Below the pieces are notes generated by a model. That model was not told the origin of the DNA. It ran no database searches and was given only the letters and a program-made list of their open reading frames with translations. A program made the translations under genes and the position numbers. A DNA stretch of 45,161 nt. It comes from an uncultured Myxococcales bacterium (lineage in GTDB: Bacteria; Myxococcota; UBA4151). Below, one piece after another: positions 32,178 through 42,010 of the stretch. Location: the NCBI GenBank assembly GCA_964013405.1, contig CAXGWI010000012.1, forward strand, positions 1-45,161, read 5' to 3'. The number at the start of each line of letters is the position of its first letter. The first letter of the stretch is position 1.

Positions 32178-33227
32178 TTGCGCTTCATCCTGATTCCAAC
32201 GCTGCTTCTTTCGACCCCGGCTCTGGCCGAGGACAACCCGGCCAAAGTGACCGAGCCTAAAGGGGCATTTCCCGTCTCGGGCTCCGTCAGCTGGGGGCAT
32301 ACCCTCGGTCAGGGCTCCTTCGTCCAGAATTACTATGCTCGGAACGCCCTCTACAGTCAGAGTTTGAGCTTCTCGGGGACGTTGCGGCTACCCAAGGGCT
32401 TTTCAGTCACCGCAAGCCAGGGGGTTTCGAAGGAACTGACGACTGGCGGTGCGACCAGGAATCACGAAACGAACTACGGTGACATCGGCCTGTCCTTCGG
32501 CTTGCCCTTTCGCGCCAAGGTCGCCGGCTTCAATGTGGGTGTTGGTGTTGGGGCGAGCCTACCTGTCTCCATGGCCAGCCGCTTTTCCAACAAGATCACA
32601 GGCTTGTCGCTGAGTGGCTCGGCCAGCAAGGGTGGCATGATGGGCGGCAAGTTGAGTTTCTCGTGGGGCCTCGGGCTCTCGCGGGGGATCTACGGCGAGT
32701 TTCAACGCACCCGTAACCTGACGACCGGCGAGCCTTTTATCGACGGCGAGGGCAATGAGATCACGCCCATGCTCTGCATTCCTCGGGCAGAGGAGCAGGT
32801 CCTAGATCCCTCCGGGGAGTTAGAAGGCTGCGTTGTCCCCGGTGTGAATGGGGGCATCAACCTCTCGAACTCGTTCTCCTTCAGTTACACCTTGAGCAAG
32901 AAGTCCCGTCTGTCCTTAGGGCTAAGCCTCATCAATAGTTTCAAGACCTACGCCATGCCTGAGGATGAGTTCACCCCGGTCAACGCCGTGCCCGGTTACG
33001 GGCGCATGGACATGACGGGTGGCAGCCTGGGTTACAGCTACAGTTACTCGAAGAAGCTCAGCCTGAGCCTCCGTGCCGGCTCCACCCAGCCGGCCCTGTA
33101 TTACCGCGTTGAAGGCGAAGGCTTGGAGAGCACAGGTAGTTGGCGCCCGAACTTTCCGTTCTGGGATTTCCGGACGCCAGGGAACAACTATAGTAGCTTC
33201 TCTGGCTCGGTCTCGTACCGCCTGTAG
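32178..33227 (+). CDS. Putative outer-membrane beta-barrel protein
   Basis: SPI signal (..TPALA), alternating amphipathic S/G/aromatic strands, C-terminal SFSGSVSYRL resembling a beta-signal; AGGAGG RBS; 12 nt after the protease stop. Confidence 0.7.
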   Translation: MRFILIPTLLLSTPALAEDNPAKVTEPKGAFPVSGSVSWGHTLGQGSFVQNYYARNALYSQSLSFSGTLRLPKGFSVTASQGVSKELTTGGATRNHETNYGDIGLSFGLPFRAKVAGFNVGVGVGASLPVSMASRFSNKITGLSLSGSASKGGMMGGKLSFSWGLGLSRGIYGEFQRTRNLTTGEPFIDGEGNEITPMLCIPRAEEQVLDPSGELEGCVVPGVNGGINLSNSFSFSYTLSKKSRLSLGLSLINSFKTYAMPEDEFTPVNAVPGYGRMDMTGGSLGYSYSYSKKLSLSLRAGSTQPALYYRVEGEGLESTGSWRPNFPFWDFRTPGNNYSSFSGSVSYRL

Positions 33228-33245
33228 GGGCGCCCGAGTCTTCCC

Positions 33246-35048
33246 TTGTCTCGCTCATTTGATCTTGCCGTTGTCGGTGGGGGGCATGCGGGCTGCGAAG
33301 CGGCCCTGGTGGCTGCGCGCAGCGGCTTAAACACCGCTCTTGTGACCCTTCGCGTCGATGGTATCGGCGAACTCAGTTGCAATCCGGCGATGGGTGGCTT
33401 GGCCAAGGGCCACTTGGTTCGAGAGATCGACGCTCTTGGTGGACAGATCGGTCTTGCCAGTGACCGGGCGACCCTCTTTCGTCACACACTCAATTTGAGT
33501 CGGGGCGCGGCGGTGCGGGGGACGCGGGCACAGGTTGACCGATTTTTCTACCGTGATGAGATGGGCGAACTGCTGCAAAAGACACCCCACCTGCGCCTGA
33601 TTGCAGGTCGTGTGGACCGCCTCCTCCAAGCTTCGGGGCGCTGCGTTGGGCTCGAGTTAGGGGATGGATCTCAGATTCACGCCCGGGCTGTCGTGTTGAC
33701 GACCGGGACGTTTCTAGGGGCCGTTTGCCATCGAGGTGATTGGCAGCAGGCCGGCGGGCGCATTGATGAGACTGAAGTCGATCAGGGCACGATCACCGCC
33801 CAACTCCAGGCCTTAGGGCTGCGGACCCTGCGATTGAAAACCGGCACATGCCCCCGGCTGGATCGGGACAGTATCGATTTCGACCAGCTCAAGATTCAGC
33901 GAAGCGACCCCGCTATGAGTGGTTTTAGCGATCACCCTGAAGCAAAAAGTCAGCGACCGATGCAGCCCTGTTGGGCCGCAGCGAGTAATCCGAGGGTTCA
34001 CGATGTGGTGCGGCAGAATCTACATCGCTCGCCGATTCGGCGGGATGGCTTTGATGCCTTAGGGCCACGTTATTGCCCGAGTTTCGAAGACAAGGTGGAG
34101 CGCTTTTCCCATCGGGACAGTCACCAGCTTTTCCTTGAGCCAGAAGGGATTGAGAGCCGGCAGCTTTACGTGGGGGGCATGAGTACGTCCATGCCCGCCG
34201 AGGTGCAGCAGGCCATGCTGCAGGCCATTCCTGGCTTGGAAGCGGTGCGGGTGTTGCAGTGGGGATACTGCGTCGCCTACGACGCAGTGGATCCCGTCCA
34301 GCTGGAGCCCAGCTTGGAAGTGACGGCGCTTCCAGGCCTCTACCTAGCCGGGCAACTCAACGGTACGAGTGGGTACGAAGAGGCCGCAGCCCAAGGATTT
34401 TGGGCCGGCATCAACGCGTTACGAAGCCTCCGAGATGAACCACCGTTTTTATTGCGTCGTGACCAAGCCTATATGGCTGTGCTGATGGACGACCTCACCA
34501 CACGGGGGGTCACAGAGCCCTACCGGATGCTTACAAGTCGGGCCGAATATCGCCTCGAGTTACGAGAAAGCAGCGCCTTCTTGCGCTTACATGAGGAAGC
34601 CAAAGCCATTGGCGTGGTGAGTCAAGAGCGCCTTGAGCAGCGAGAAGGCCGCCGGGAGGCCATTGACCAGGCCCGGTCCCAGTTGGAGTCGAGCCGCTCG
34701 GGGGGGCGAAGTGGCTGGCAGCACTTGAGTCGACCCCACAGTGACCTGGAAGCGATCGCCCAGGCCCATGAGGTGACCTTGCCAGCCGATGGGATGGACC
34801 GAGAGGAGATCCAGGCCCAGGCCCGCTATGCAGGCTATATCGAACGGGAGCGCCGTCGGCTACGCCGCTATGCGGATTTGGATCGCATTATGATCCCCGT
34901 GGGCTTCGATTTTAGCGCCCGTCCGGGCCTGTCAACGGAGGCCGCGGAGTTGCTACAGCGGGTGCAGCCCCGTAGTTTGGGCCAAGCCAGTCGCATACCT
35001 GGCATGACGCCCGCGGCGACTCATCTCTTGGCCATGAGCCTCAAATGA
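33246..35048 (+). CDS. mnmG: tRNA uridine-5-carboxymethylaminomethyl(34) synthesis enzyme
   Basis: VVGGGHAGCEAA, SCNPAMGG, LKTGT, GPRYCPS, FLEPEG, AGQLNGTSGYEEAAAQG, EPYRMLTSRAEYRL. Confidence 0.96.
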   Translation: MSRSFDLAVVGGGHAGCEAALVAARSGLNTALVTLRVDGIGELSCNPAMGGLAKGHLVREIDALGGQIGLASDRATLFRHTLNLSRGAAVRGTRAQVDRFFYRDEMGELLQKTPHLRLIAGRVDRLLQASGRCVGLELGDGSQIHARAVVLTTGTFLGAVCHRGDWQQAGGRIDETEVDQGTITAQLQALGLRTLRLKTGTCPRLDRDSIDFDQLKIQRSDPAMSGFSDHPEAKSQRPMQPCWAAASNPRVHDVVRQNLHRSPIRRDGFDALGPRYCPSFEDKVERFSHRDSHQLFLEPEGIESRQLYVGGMSTSMPAEVQQAMLQAIPGLEAVRVLQWGYCVAYDAVDPVQLEPSLEVTALPGLYLAGQLNGTSGYEEAAAQGFWAGINALRSLRDEPPFLLRRDQAYMAVLMDDLTTRGVTEPYRMLTSRAEYRLELRESSAFLRLHEEAKAIGVVSQERLEQREGRREAIDQARSQLESSRSGGRSGWQHLSRPHSDLEAIAQAHEVTLPADGMDREEIQAQARYAGYIERERRRLRRYADLDRIMIPVGFDFSARPGLSTEAAELLQRVQPRSLGQASRIPGMTPAATHLLAMSLK

Positions 35049-36361
35049 GCCGTTTTAGTGAGACGATCGTCGCACCGGCGACGGGCTTGGCACCAGCGGC
35101 CGTGGCTGTGGTTCGGGTGAGTGGCCCTCAAGCTTTGGCGATCGGCGCAAGACTTTGTGGTCGAGAAAGCTTTACTCGTTTTCGCCATGCCCACCTCGCC
35201 CGGCTTCGGGACGAGATCAGTGAACTGGATCGTTGTTTGGTGCTCCCGTTCGAAGGCCCTCACAGTTTCACCGGTGAGCATGTGGTGGAGTTTCATCTTC
35301 ACGGGGGGCCCGGCATTGTTCGGAGCGTGATCGATGCGGTCCTTGCGGCGGGGGCCCGCATGGCTGAGCCGGGGGAGTTTACTCGGCGAGCGCACCTGAA
35401 CGGAAAACTCGACTTGATCGAAGCCGAAGCGATCGCCGTTCGAGCCCAAGCTGGCGGTGCTTTGCCGGCCCGCTTTGCCGGCTTGTCGAGTCGGTTGCGG
35501 CAACAAGCGCAGGCTTTAGAGGCAGAGATGACCGGGATTCGAGCCCAGGTCGAAGGCGCTCTCGATTTCGAGCCCGAGGAGTTGGGCGTTGATTGGCTTC
35601 ACGGGATACAAGATCGACTTTCCAGCGCCTTATTGACGCTGCAGAAAACCGTCGCTTTAGGGCGTCGAGCAGCACCGCTTTTTCGCCGGCCCAGGGTGCT
35701 TTTAGCCGGGCCGCCGAATGCGGGGAAGTCTTCCTTGTTCAATGCCTTGGCGGGGGAGCAGAAAGCCATTGTGAGCCCGGTGGCTGGTACGACCCGCGAC
35801 CTATTGGAATGCGAGTTACGTGTCTCGGAAGGTCGCATTTTATTGATGGACAGCGCGGGCTGGCGTGAGAGTCAGGATGAAGTGGAGCAAGAAGGCGTCG
35901 TACGAGCCCTTCGAGCGGCCCGGGAAGCGGACCTTGTCCTTTGGTTAGAGCCGGTGGGGGCTCCACCGACCGAGCCCCCTCCTGGCTTGGGTAGCCGCTT
36001 GCATCCCGTGCGAACGAAGGGAGATCTCGGCACCCTGGCACCGCTGGGTGATCGAGTGGTGAGCGCCCTGACCGGAGATGGACTCGACGATCTTCTGCGA
36101 ATTATTTCGCGGCGTGTCTTTGGGGAGGGCCTGCCCGATCTCGAAGAGGGGGTTCCTGTCTCTCAGCGCCAGTTGGAGCATCTGGTCCAGGCCAGCGAGG
36201 CCTTGGCTCGAGCCCTCGGCCTTATGGACCCGCCCCAGTTGGAACTCGTCGCCACTGACCTCCGTGAGGTTGCAGAGACGTTGGCTGCACTCACAGGCAC
36301 GGAACAGCCTGATGAGGCCATGCTCGATGCGCTCTTCTCTGACTTCTGCTTGGGCAAGTAA
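35045..36361 (+). CDS. mnmE: tRNA modification GTPase
   Basis: SFTGEHVVEFHLHGG, AEPGEFTRRA, GPPNAGKSS, GTTRD, DSAG, TKGD, terminal FCLGK; ATGA overlap with mnmG. Confidence 0.94.
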   Translation: MSRFSETIVAPATGLAPAAVAVVRVSGPQALAIGARLCGRESFTRFRHAHLARLRDEISELDRCLVLPFEGPHSFTGEHVVEFHLHGGPGIVRSVIDAVLAAGARMAEPGEFTRRAHLNGKLDLIEAEAIAVRAQAGGALPARFAGLSSRLRQQAQALEAEMTGIRAQVEGALDFEPEELGVDWLHGIQDRLSSALLTLQKTVALGRRAAPLFRRPRVLLAGPPNAGKSSLFNALAGEQKAIVSPVAGTTRDLLECELRVSEGRILLMDSAGWRESQDEVEQEGVVRALRAAREADLVLWLEPVGAPPTEPPPGLGSRLHPVRTKGDLGTLAPLGDRVVSALTGDGLDDLLRIISRRVFGEGLPDLEEGVPVSQRQLEHLVQASEALARALGLMDPPQLELVATDLREVAETLAALTGTEQPDEAMLDALFSDFCLGK

Positions 36362-36378
36362 GGCCCTCGACTTAGCGC

Positions 36379-37308
36379 CTAGGACTCTAGGTAGCGCTCG
36401 GCGTCGAGGGCTGCCATGCAGCCCGTTCCAGCCGCGGTGATGGCCTGGCGGTACACATGGTCGATGACATCACCACAGGCGAAGACGCCCGGCAAACGGG
36501 TCCGTGTGCTGTCGGGCTGATTGACTAGGTAGCCATTTTCGTCCTTCTCAAGGCTGTCTCCTAGGAAGTCCGTGTTGGGGACATGGCCGATGGCGAGAAA
36601 GAGCCCATTGGTCTCGAAAGAGCGGCGCTCACCGGTCTTTGTATCTTCGAGAATGACCGCAGTCAGGCCTCCCTCGGCGATTTCGCCGACACAGTCGACC
36701 ACCTGGGTGTTCCAGATGAAGTGGCATTTCTCGTTGTTTTGCACCCGTGCTTGCATGGGCTTGGAGGCTCGAAGTTCATCACGGCGGTGCACGATGTGCA
36801 CCTCGCTTGCGAATTTTGCCAGGAAGCTGGCCTCTTCCATGGCGGTGTCCCCACCACCGACGACCACCACTTTTTGGTCGCGAAAGAAGGCGCCGTCACA
36901 GGTGGCGCAAGCACTCACCCCATAGCCCATCAGTTTGCTTTCATTTTCAAGGCCAAGAAGGCGGGCAGTCGCACCGGTTGCGATGATGAGGGCATCACAG
37001 GTTAACTGGCTACCATCCTCCATATGTAAGACCTTTTTCGGGGACTCGAGGTCGACTGAGCTCACCGTGCCAAAGTGATAACTGGCCCCAAAGCGTTCCG
37101 CTTGGGCCCGAAAGCGATCCATGAGTTCTGGCCCCATAATACCCTCAGGGAAGCCGGGGTAGTTCTCCACGTCCGTGGTGATCATCAACTGACCACCGGG
37201 CTGGATACCATCGACGATCAGAGGTTCGAGATCGGCCCGGGCCGAGTAAAGGGCGGCGGTGAGACCCGCGGGTCCGCTACCGAGAATGATGAGACGGTGA
37301 TGGCTCAT
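36379..37308 (-). CDS. trxB: Thioredoxin-disulfide reductase
   Basis: GSGPAG, GGQL, VENYPG, CATCDG, GGGDTAMEE, HRRD, GDV..YRQAITAAG. Confidence 0.97.
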   Translation of the reverse strand: MSHHRLIILGSGPAGLTAALYSARADLEPLIVDGIQPGGQLMITTDVENYPGFPEGIMGPELMDRFRAQAERFGASYHFGTVSSVDLESPKKVLHMEDGSQLTCDALIIATGATARLLGLENESKLMGYGVSACATCDGAFFRDQKVVVVGGGDTAMEEASFLAKFASEVHIVHRRDELRASKPMQARVQNNEKCHFIWNTQVVDCVGEIAEGGLTAVILEDTKTGERRSFETNGLFLAIGHVPNTDFLGDSLEKDENGYLVNQPDSTRTRLPGVFACGDVIDHVYRQAITAAGTGCMAALDAERYLES

Positions 37309-38141
37309 TGAGCCTCCAAAGGTTCAGGTCTAGGCGATATGGTCACTTCGATACGTTCGCGCAAGTGTCGGATGGCTTCACCGGCCATGGCCATGCCGAA
37401 GGCGCCGGTGACGAAGCCGACCGTCCCAAGGATGATATTCCGGTGGTCACAGGTGTGGAGGCCGTTGTTGCCGCCCCCCGGGCACACACAGATGTTGTCG
37501 TATGGCGTTTCCGTGCTCTGAGCCTCTTTGGGCTCTTCGATGGAAAAGATCGTCTGAATGCCTGTTTCCAATTGAAAGCGCTGCCGCAGGATCTTGCGCA
37601 CGGCCCGGGCCATGGGATCGATTCGGGTTTCGCTAAGATCGGCCACCCGGATCTGCGTCGGATCGATCCGAGCCGCGGCCCCCATCGACGAAATGACGGG
37701 AATTCCCCGCGCAACACATTTTGCCAGCAGATGGCATTTCGCTGTGAGGTTGTCGATGCAGTCGAGAACGAGGTCCGGCTCCATCCCAAGGAGGTCGTCC
37801 TCAGATTCGGGATTGTAGAAACGGACGACAGGAACAATATCCGCCGCCGGGTTGACCGTTTGCAGGCGCGCAGCCAGCGCTTCTGCCTTGTAATCGCCCA
37901 CGGTGGCTTTGGTGGCGTGGAGCTGGCGATTGGTGTTGGTGACGCAGACTTTATCAAAGTCGACGAGGCTTAGGTGGCCCACGCCTGTCCGAAGGAGCAT
38001 TTCCGCGGCCCATGACCCCACCCCGCCCAGGCCGATCACCATGACGTGGCAGGCCTTCAGGCCCAGCATTGTTTCACTGCCGAGGAGTCGTTCACTGCGG
38101 TGAAAGCGGAGTTGTTCGACGGCCTTTCGGTTGGTTTCCAT
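37305..38141 (-). CDS. tcdA: tRNA threonylcarbamoyladenosine dehydratase (ThiF family)
   Basis: GLGGVGSWAAE, DFDKVCVTNTNRQ, DCID, SMGAA, DPMARAVRK, FSIE; start ATG 38141 behind GGAGG. Confidence 0.88.
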   Translation of the reverse strand: METNRKAVEQLRFHRSERLLGSETMLGLKACHVMVIGLGGVGSWAAEMLLRTGVGHLSLVDFDKVCVTNTNRQLHATKATVGDYKAEALAARLQTVNPAADIVPVVRFYNPESEDDLLGMEPDLVLDCIDNLTAKCHLLAKCVARGIPVISSMGAAARIDPTQIRVADLSETRIDPMARAVRKILRQRFQLETGIQTIFSIEEPKEAQSTETPYDNICVCPGGGNNGLHTCDHRNIILGTVGFVTGAFGMAMAGEAIRHLRERIEVTISPRPEPLEAQ

Positions 38142-38143
38142 CG

Positions 38144-38824
38144 TTAGGGCCTCCCTAGGAATGCGGCGTAGTTTTTCTCCACCTGAGCGACCAGCGTGTC
38201 CACGCTCAACCCTCGGGCATGGGCGACCTCTTCGTAGAGCCGAGGAAGGGCCAGCCACGGGGCGTCTGCCTCGGATTCGGCATCTGTTTCCAGTAAGATT
38301 TGCCCCGCGGGGACAGCTTGTGCCAAGCGCAAGTCGCCCCGCAGGTCTGGACCGATCGAGATAAAATGGCCTGCTTCCCAGTAGTTACGGAAGCGCTGAG
38401 GGCGTCCCGTACAGCGATGGAGTTGGGCTCGAACCCCATGGGATTGCACAGCCTGAAGGAGCTCTGGGCAATGCCCGACCCGGTGGAGGATGACGGGGAG
38501 TTGGCGGGCTTTGGCCAGGGTGATTTGGGCGATGGCCTGGGATAAATCTGCGCCTCCCCGATGATCCCAGCCGAGTTCACCAACTGCCACCGGGGTGTAG
38601 TGGTCCAGACCGTAACGCAGTTGATCCTCCCAGTTCGCAGGACCTGCAAATTGGGGATGTAAACCGAAGGCATAAGACAGGCCCGGCTGCTGACAGATCG
38701 CCGCAGGTTCAAATGGAGGCTCCACCCCGGGAATCAGCGCTTGCTGAATGCCGACGGCCCTCATTTTCGCCCAGGCGTCCCCCGGGTCTTCAAAGCGGTC
38801 GAGGTGGATATGGGCGTCGATCAA
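38144..38824 (-). CDS. TatD-family metal-dependent hydrolase
   Basis: IDAHIHLD, GLHP, GELGWD, ILH, LETD. Confidence 0.88.
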   Translation of the reverse strand: MIDAHIHLDRFEDPGDAWAKMRAVGIQQALIPGVEPPFEPAAICQQPGLSYAFGLHPQFAGPANWEDQLRYGLDHYTPVAVGELGWDHRGGADLSQAIAQITLAKARQLPVILHRVGHCPELLQAVQSHGVRAQLHRCTGRPQRFRNYWEAGHFISIGPDLRGDLRLAQAVPAGQILLETDAESEADAPWLALPRLYEEVAHARGLSVDTLVAQVEKNYAAFLGRP

Positions 38825-39165
38825 GCGGGTGTGCCTGAGCTTTTCTGGATTCGAAATTTAGGTGGCTTTCCCACGACCGTACGGGGGCGGTTTCCCCCAG
38901 CAAGAGCGGTTTCCAACTCCCCCAGTACGCGCTCGAGATCAGCTTGGCTTTCCAGGCCGGTGAGCAGGGTCTGCTGGCGGCGATGATCACTGTGGCCATC
39001 GTCATTGAGGGCGTTGGGTCCCACTGGACAGCCTCCGAGGCAGTCGCAGTGGGAGACCTCGTAGCCCCGGTCTCTTGCGAATGATTCGAGTTCAGCGAGC
39101 GACTCCGAACTGTGACGTGGCCCACAGGATGGGCCCGTACAAAATAACAACCGTCCCTTGCTCAT
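38821..39165 (-). CDS. Thioredoxin-like [2Fe-2S] ferredoxin-domain protein
   Basis: FCTGPSC (Cx4C) and CLGGCPVGPN (Cx3C); TTGA overlap with the TatD gene. Confidence 0.7.
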   Translation of the reverse strand: MSKGRLLFCTGPSCGPRHSSESLAELESFARDRGYEVSHCDCLGGCPVGPNALNDDGHSDHRRQQTLLTGLESQADLERVLGELETALAGGNRPRTVVGKPPKFRIQKSSGTPA

Positions 39166-39206
39166 TGTGATGAATCTCTCCACACTGCCGGCGGATTCAA
39201 GCACCG

Positions 39207-40622
39207 ATGACGAATCAGGTCGAGACACCCTTTGCAATTGATGACACCGACAGCGTTCGGTTGCTCTCTCGAGCCTTAGCTCGGGGCGGCGACTTCGCCG
39301 AACTTTTTTTTGAACACAGCCTCGCCATTAGCCTGCATTTCGAGCAGGAGAAGGTGCGTAACTTTTCCCGCCACGTCGATGCCGGCTGTGGTGTTCGGGT
39401 GGTGACTGGAGAAGCGTCCGGCTACGCCTACACCGAGGATCTCGAGGTTTCAGCGATCGCCCATGCCTGTGATACTGCAGCCCATATCGCCAGTGGTCAG
39501 CCGGGGGTGGCCCCCCAGAAGATCGAGCGACGAGAACGCCCTGATCGGTACCATCCGGAGCGCTGCCTCATCGACTTACCCTTTCTTGAACGGGTGGCGA
39601 TTTTACGGCGAGCCGATGCCGCTGCCCGGGCCGCAGACCCCAGAGTTGAGGCTGTGGAGGTGAGCCTGGTGGAGAGTCGTCGTCAGATTCGCATCGTCCG
39701 AAGTGATGGCGAGCAAGTGGAAGATGACCAGCCGATGCTGCGCATGAATGTGCTGGTGGTGGTCGCCGATGGCGAGAAGCGCCAAAAGGCCATGGAGGGT
39801 GGTGGCGGTCGCCTTGGACTTGAGTATTTCGACCGACACCAACCGGAAGATTTGGCCCGTCGGGCGGTTGAGGTTGCCCTGAAGATGCTCGATGCAAAGC
39901 CCGCTCCCGCCGGCGAGTTCCCCGTGGTCTTGGCCGCTGGTGATTCCGGGGTTCTCTTCCACGAGGCCGTGGGTCACGGTCTCGAAGCGGACTTCAACCG
40001 TAAGGGGACGAGTAACTACTCTGGCCGGGTGGGTGAGCTGGTGGCATCATCTCTTTGCACCGTTGTTGATGATCCCGGCTTAGATACCGACCGGGGATGC
40101 ATCAACGTGGATGATGAGGGCTGTGAGCCTCAGCGCCGGGTGCTTATTCGCAACGGCGTGCTCGAAGGCTATATGCACGATCGAATTTCAGCGAAGGCGA
40201 TGGGTGCCGAGCCCGGCAGCGGTCGCCGGGAAAGCTTCCGCTCCTTGCCGATGCCCCGGATGAGCAGCACCTATCTTGAGGCTGGCGAGGAAGATCCGGA
40301 GGAGATCCTAAAGGCCGTCTCCTACGGGATCTATGCCAAGCAATTCAGTGGCGGTCAGGTCAACATCAGCAATGGCGACTTTGTCTTTAGTACGACGGAA
40401 GCCTACTTGATCGAGAACGGCCGGATCACCGCCCCACTCCAGGGCGTGAATTTGATCGGCAATGGCCCCGACTGTCTGAGCAAGGTGGATGCGGTCGGCC
40501 ACGATTTTGTGCTGTCCGATGGTCGCTGGACCTGTGGCAAGAATGGTCAGGGGGTCCCCGTCGGCATCGGGATGCCGACCCTGAGGATCTCGGCCATGAC
40601 GGTTGGCGGGAGCGAGTTGTGA
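39207..40622 (+). CDS. tldD: Metalloprotease TldD
   Basis: GGDFAELFFE, FHEAVGHGLEAD, PRMS, CGKNGQ.VPV. Confidence 0.92.
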   Translation: MTNQVETPFAIDDTDSVRLLSRALARGGDFAELFFEHSLAISLHFEQEKVRNFSRHVDAGCGVRVVTGEASGYAYTEDLEVSAIAHACDTAAHIASGQPGVAPQKIERRERPDRYHPERCLIDLPFLERVAILRRADAAARAADPRVEAVEVSLVESRRQIRIVRSDGEQVEDDQPMLRMNVLVVVADGEKRQKAMEGGGGRLGLEYFDRHQPEDLARRAVEVALKMLDAKPAPAGEFPVVLAAGDSGVLFHEAVGHGLEADFNRKGTSNYSGRVGELVASSLCTVVDDPGLDTDRGCINVDDEGCEPQRRVLIRNGVLEGYMHDRISAKAMGAEPGSGRRESFRSLPMPRMSSTYLEAGEEDPEEILKAVSYGIYAKQFSGGQVNISNGDFVFSTTEAYLIENGRITAPLQGVNLIGNGPDCLSKVDAVGHDFVLSDGRWTCGKNGQGVPVGIGMPTLRISAMTVGGSEL

Positions 40623-41998
40623 GCTACGATCCGTCCGATCGACAGGCTCATCTGTTGTCTTTGGCCCAAGGCTTTGTCGATTATGCTCTCGATCGGGGAG
40701 CAGAGGCGGCAGAAGTGAGCCTCTCGGAGGGCCAGGAGTTCTCCTGTCGCTACCGAGCAGAAACCTTGGATCAACTGGAGCAAGCGGGCAGCAGTGGTGT
40801 GGGTTTGAGATTGTTTCAAGGGGGGCGGGTCGTTTCTGGTTCGTCTTCTGATTTGGCACCCTCCACCGTCCATTCCCTCGTCGACGACCTGGTGGAATCA
40901 GCAGCGTTCCTCGATCCGGACGAGCACAACCAATTAGCCCCGGCCGAATCCCTCTATAGCGGTCCTCGCATCGAGCTGGGTCTTTTGGACGTGGCGACCA
41001 CGCTTGAGGATGCCGCACCCCGTTTGGAGCGGGCCCGACTTGCCGAGGCGACGGTACGGCAATTCGATGACCGGATTACCGCCACGGAAGGGGCCGGATT
41101 TAGTGCGGTCTATTCGACCTCGGTGACTGCGGCGTCCAATGGCCTTCAGCGAGGCATCAGCGCCGGTTGGCAGAGCCTGGGCGCCGACGCGATTTGCGAC
41201 GACGCCGGCGGAAAGAAGCGAAACGGCTCCTGGTACAGTGTGAGTCGGGATTTGGGTGGGCTGATGGCCGCCGACACCCTGGGGGCCATCGCCGCCCAGC
41301 GAGCGCTGGCTCGTCTTGGGGCGGACAAACCCCCAACCGGCGCCTATCCTGTCATTTGGGATCGGCATGCAGCGGCAAGTCTACTGGGCTTGCTCAGTTC
41401 GATTTTGACGGCCACTGCGGTCTATCGAAAGCAGAGCTACTTAGCGCAACGACAGGGCGATTTAATCGCCAGCGATTGTTTTACACTCATCGATGACCCT
41501 CTTCTTCCCGGCCTACTAGGAAGCAGCCCCGTGGACGGCGAGGGGCGCAAGAGGCGCCAAAACACGCTGGTTGAAGGCGGGGTGCTCAAGACTTTTCTCG
41601 CTGCCCAATACGGCAGCAGTCGGACGGGCTTGCCGTGCACCGCCAGTGCCAGTCGTCCCCTGGCTGGCACCCCGGGTGAGGCGACCACAAACCTTTACTT
41701 GAAACCGGGGCAACGCAGTCCAGAAGCGCTCATCGCGGATGTTGAAGAGGGCGTTTTTCTCGAGGGCACCATCGGTTTTGGTTTTAACCCCGTCACCGGG
41801 GAGTTTTCCCGGGGGGGCTGGGGACGAATGATTCGGGGCGGCGAGTTAGCCGAACCGATCGGTGAGTTCACGGTTTCTGCCTCCTTTGAAGACATCCTCA
41901 AGGGCATCGAAGAGGTGGCAGATGACCTGGTCTGGGACCGACGGACGGTCTCCCCGACGCTTCGGGTTGCCTCCATGGCCGTCGGCGGGCGAGGCTAG
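40619..41998 (+). CDS. pmbA: TldE/PmbA, the non-catalytic TldD partner
   Basis: GAEAAEV, GLR, DDP, DGEG, NPVTGEFSRG; no HExxxH; GTGA overlap with tldD. Confidence 0.87.
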   Translation: MSYDPSDRQAHLLSLAQGFVDYALDRGAEAAEVSLSEGQEFSCRYRAETLDQLEQAGSSGVGLRLFQGGRVVSGSSSDLAPSTVHSLVDDLVESAAFLDPDEHNQLAPAESLYSGPRIELGLLDVATTLEDAAPRLERARLAEATVRQFDDRITATEGAGFSAVYSTSVTAASNGLQRGISAGWQSLGADAICDDAGGKKRNGSWYSVSRDLGGLMAADTLGAIAAQRALARLGADKPPTGAYPVIWDRHAAASLLGLLSSILTATAVYRKQSYLAQRQGDLIASDCFTLIDDPLLPGLLGSSPVDGEGRKRRQNTLVEGGVLKTFLAAQYGSSRTGLPCTASASRPLAGTPGEATTNLYLKPGQRSPEALIADVEEGVFLEGTIGFGFNPVTGEFSRGGWGRMIRGGELAEPIGEFTVSASFEDILKGIEEVADDLVWDRRTVSPTLRVASMAVGGRG

Positions 41999-42010
41999 TC
42001 GATTTCGTCG

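Noticed and set aside
39207..41998. Microcin B17-like RiPP cluster or gyrase-poison system (TldD/E, gyrase and a ThiF protein in one window)
   Set aside because: No YcaO, precursor peptide, exporter or pentapeptide-repeat immunity gene; the ThiF protein has TcdA motifs; tldDE is commonly housekeeping
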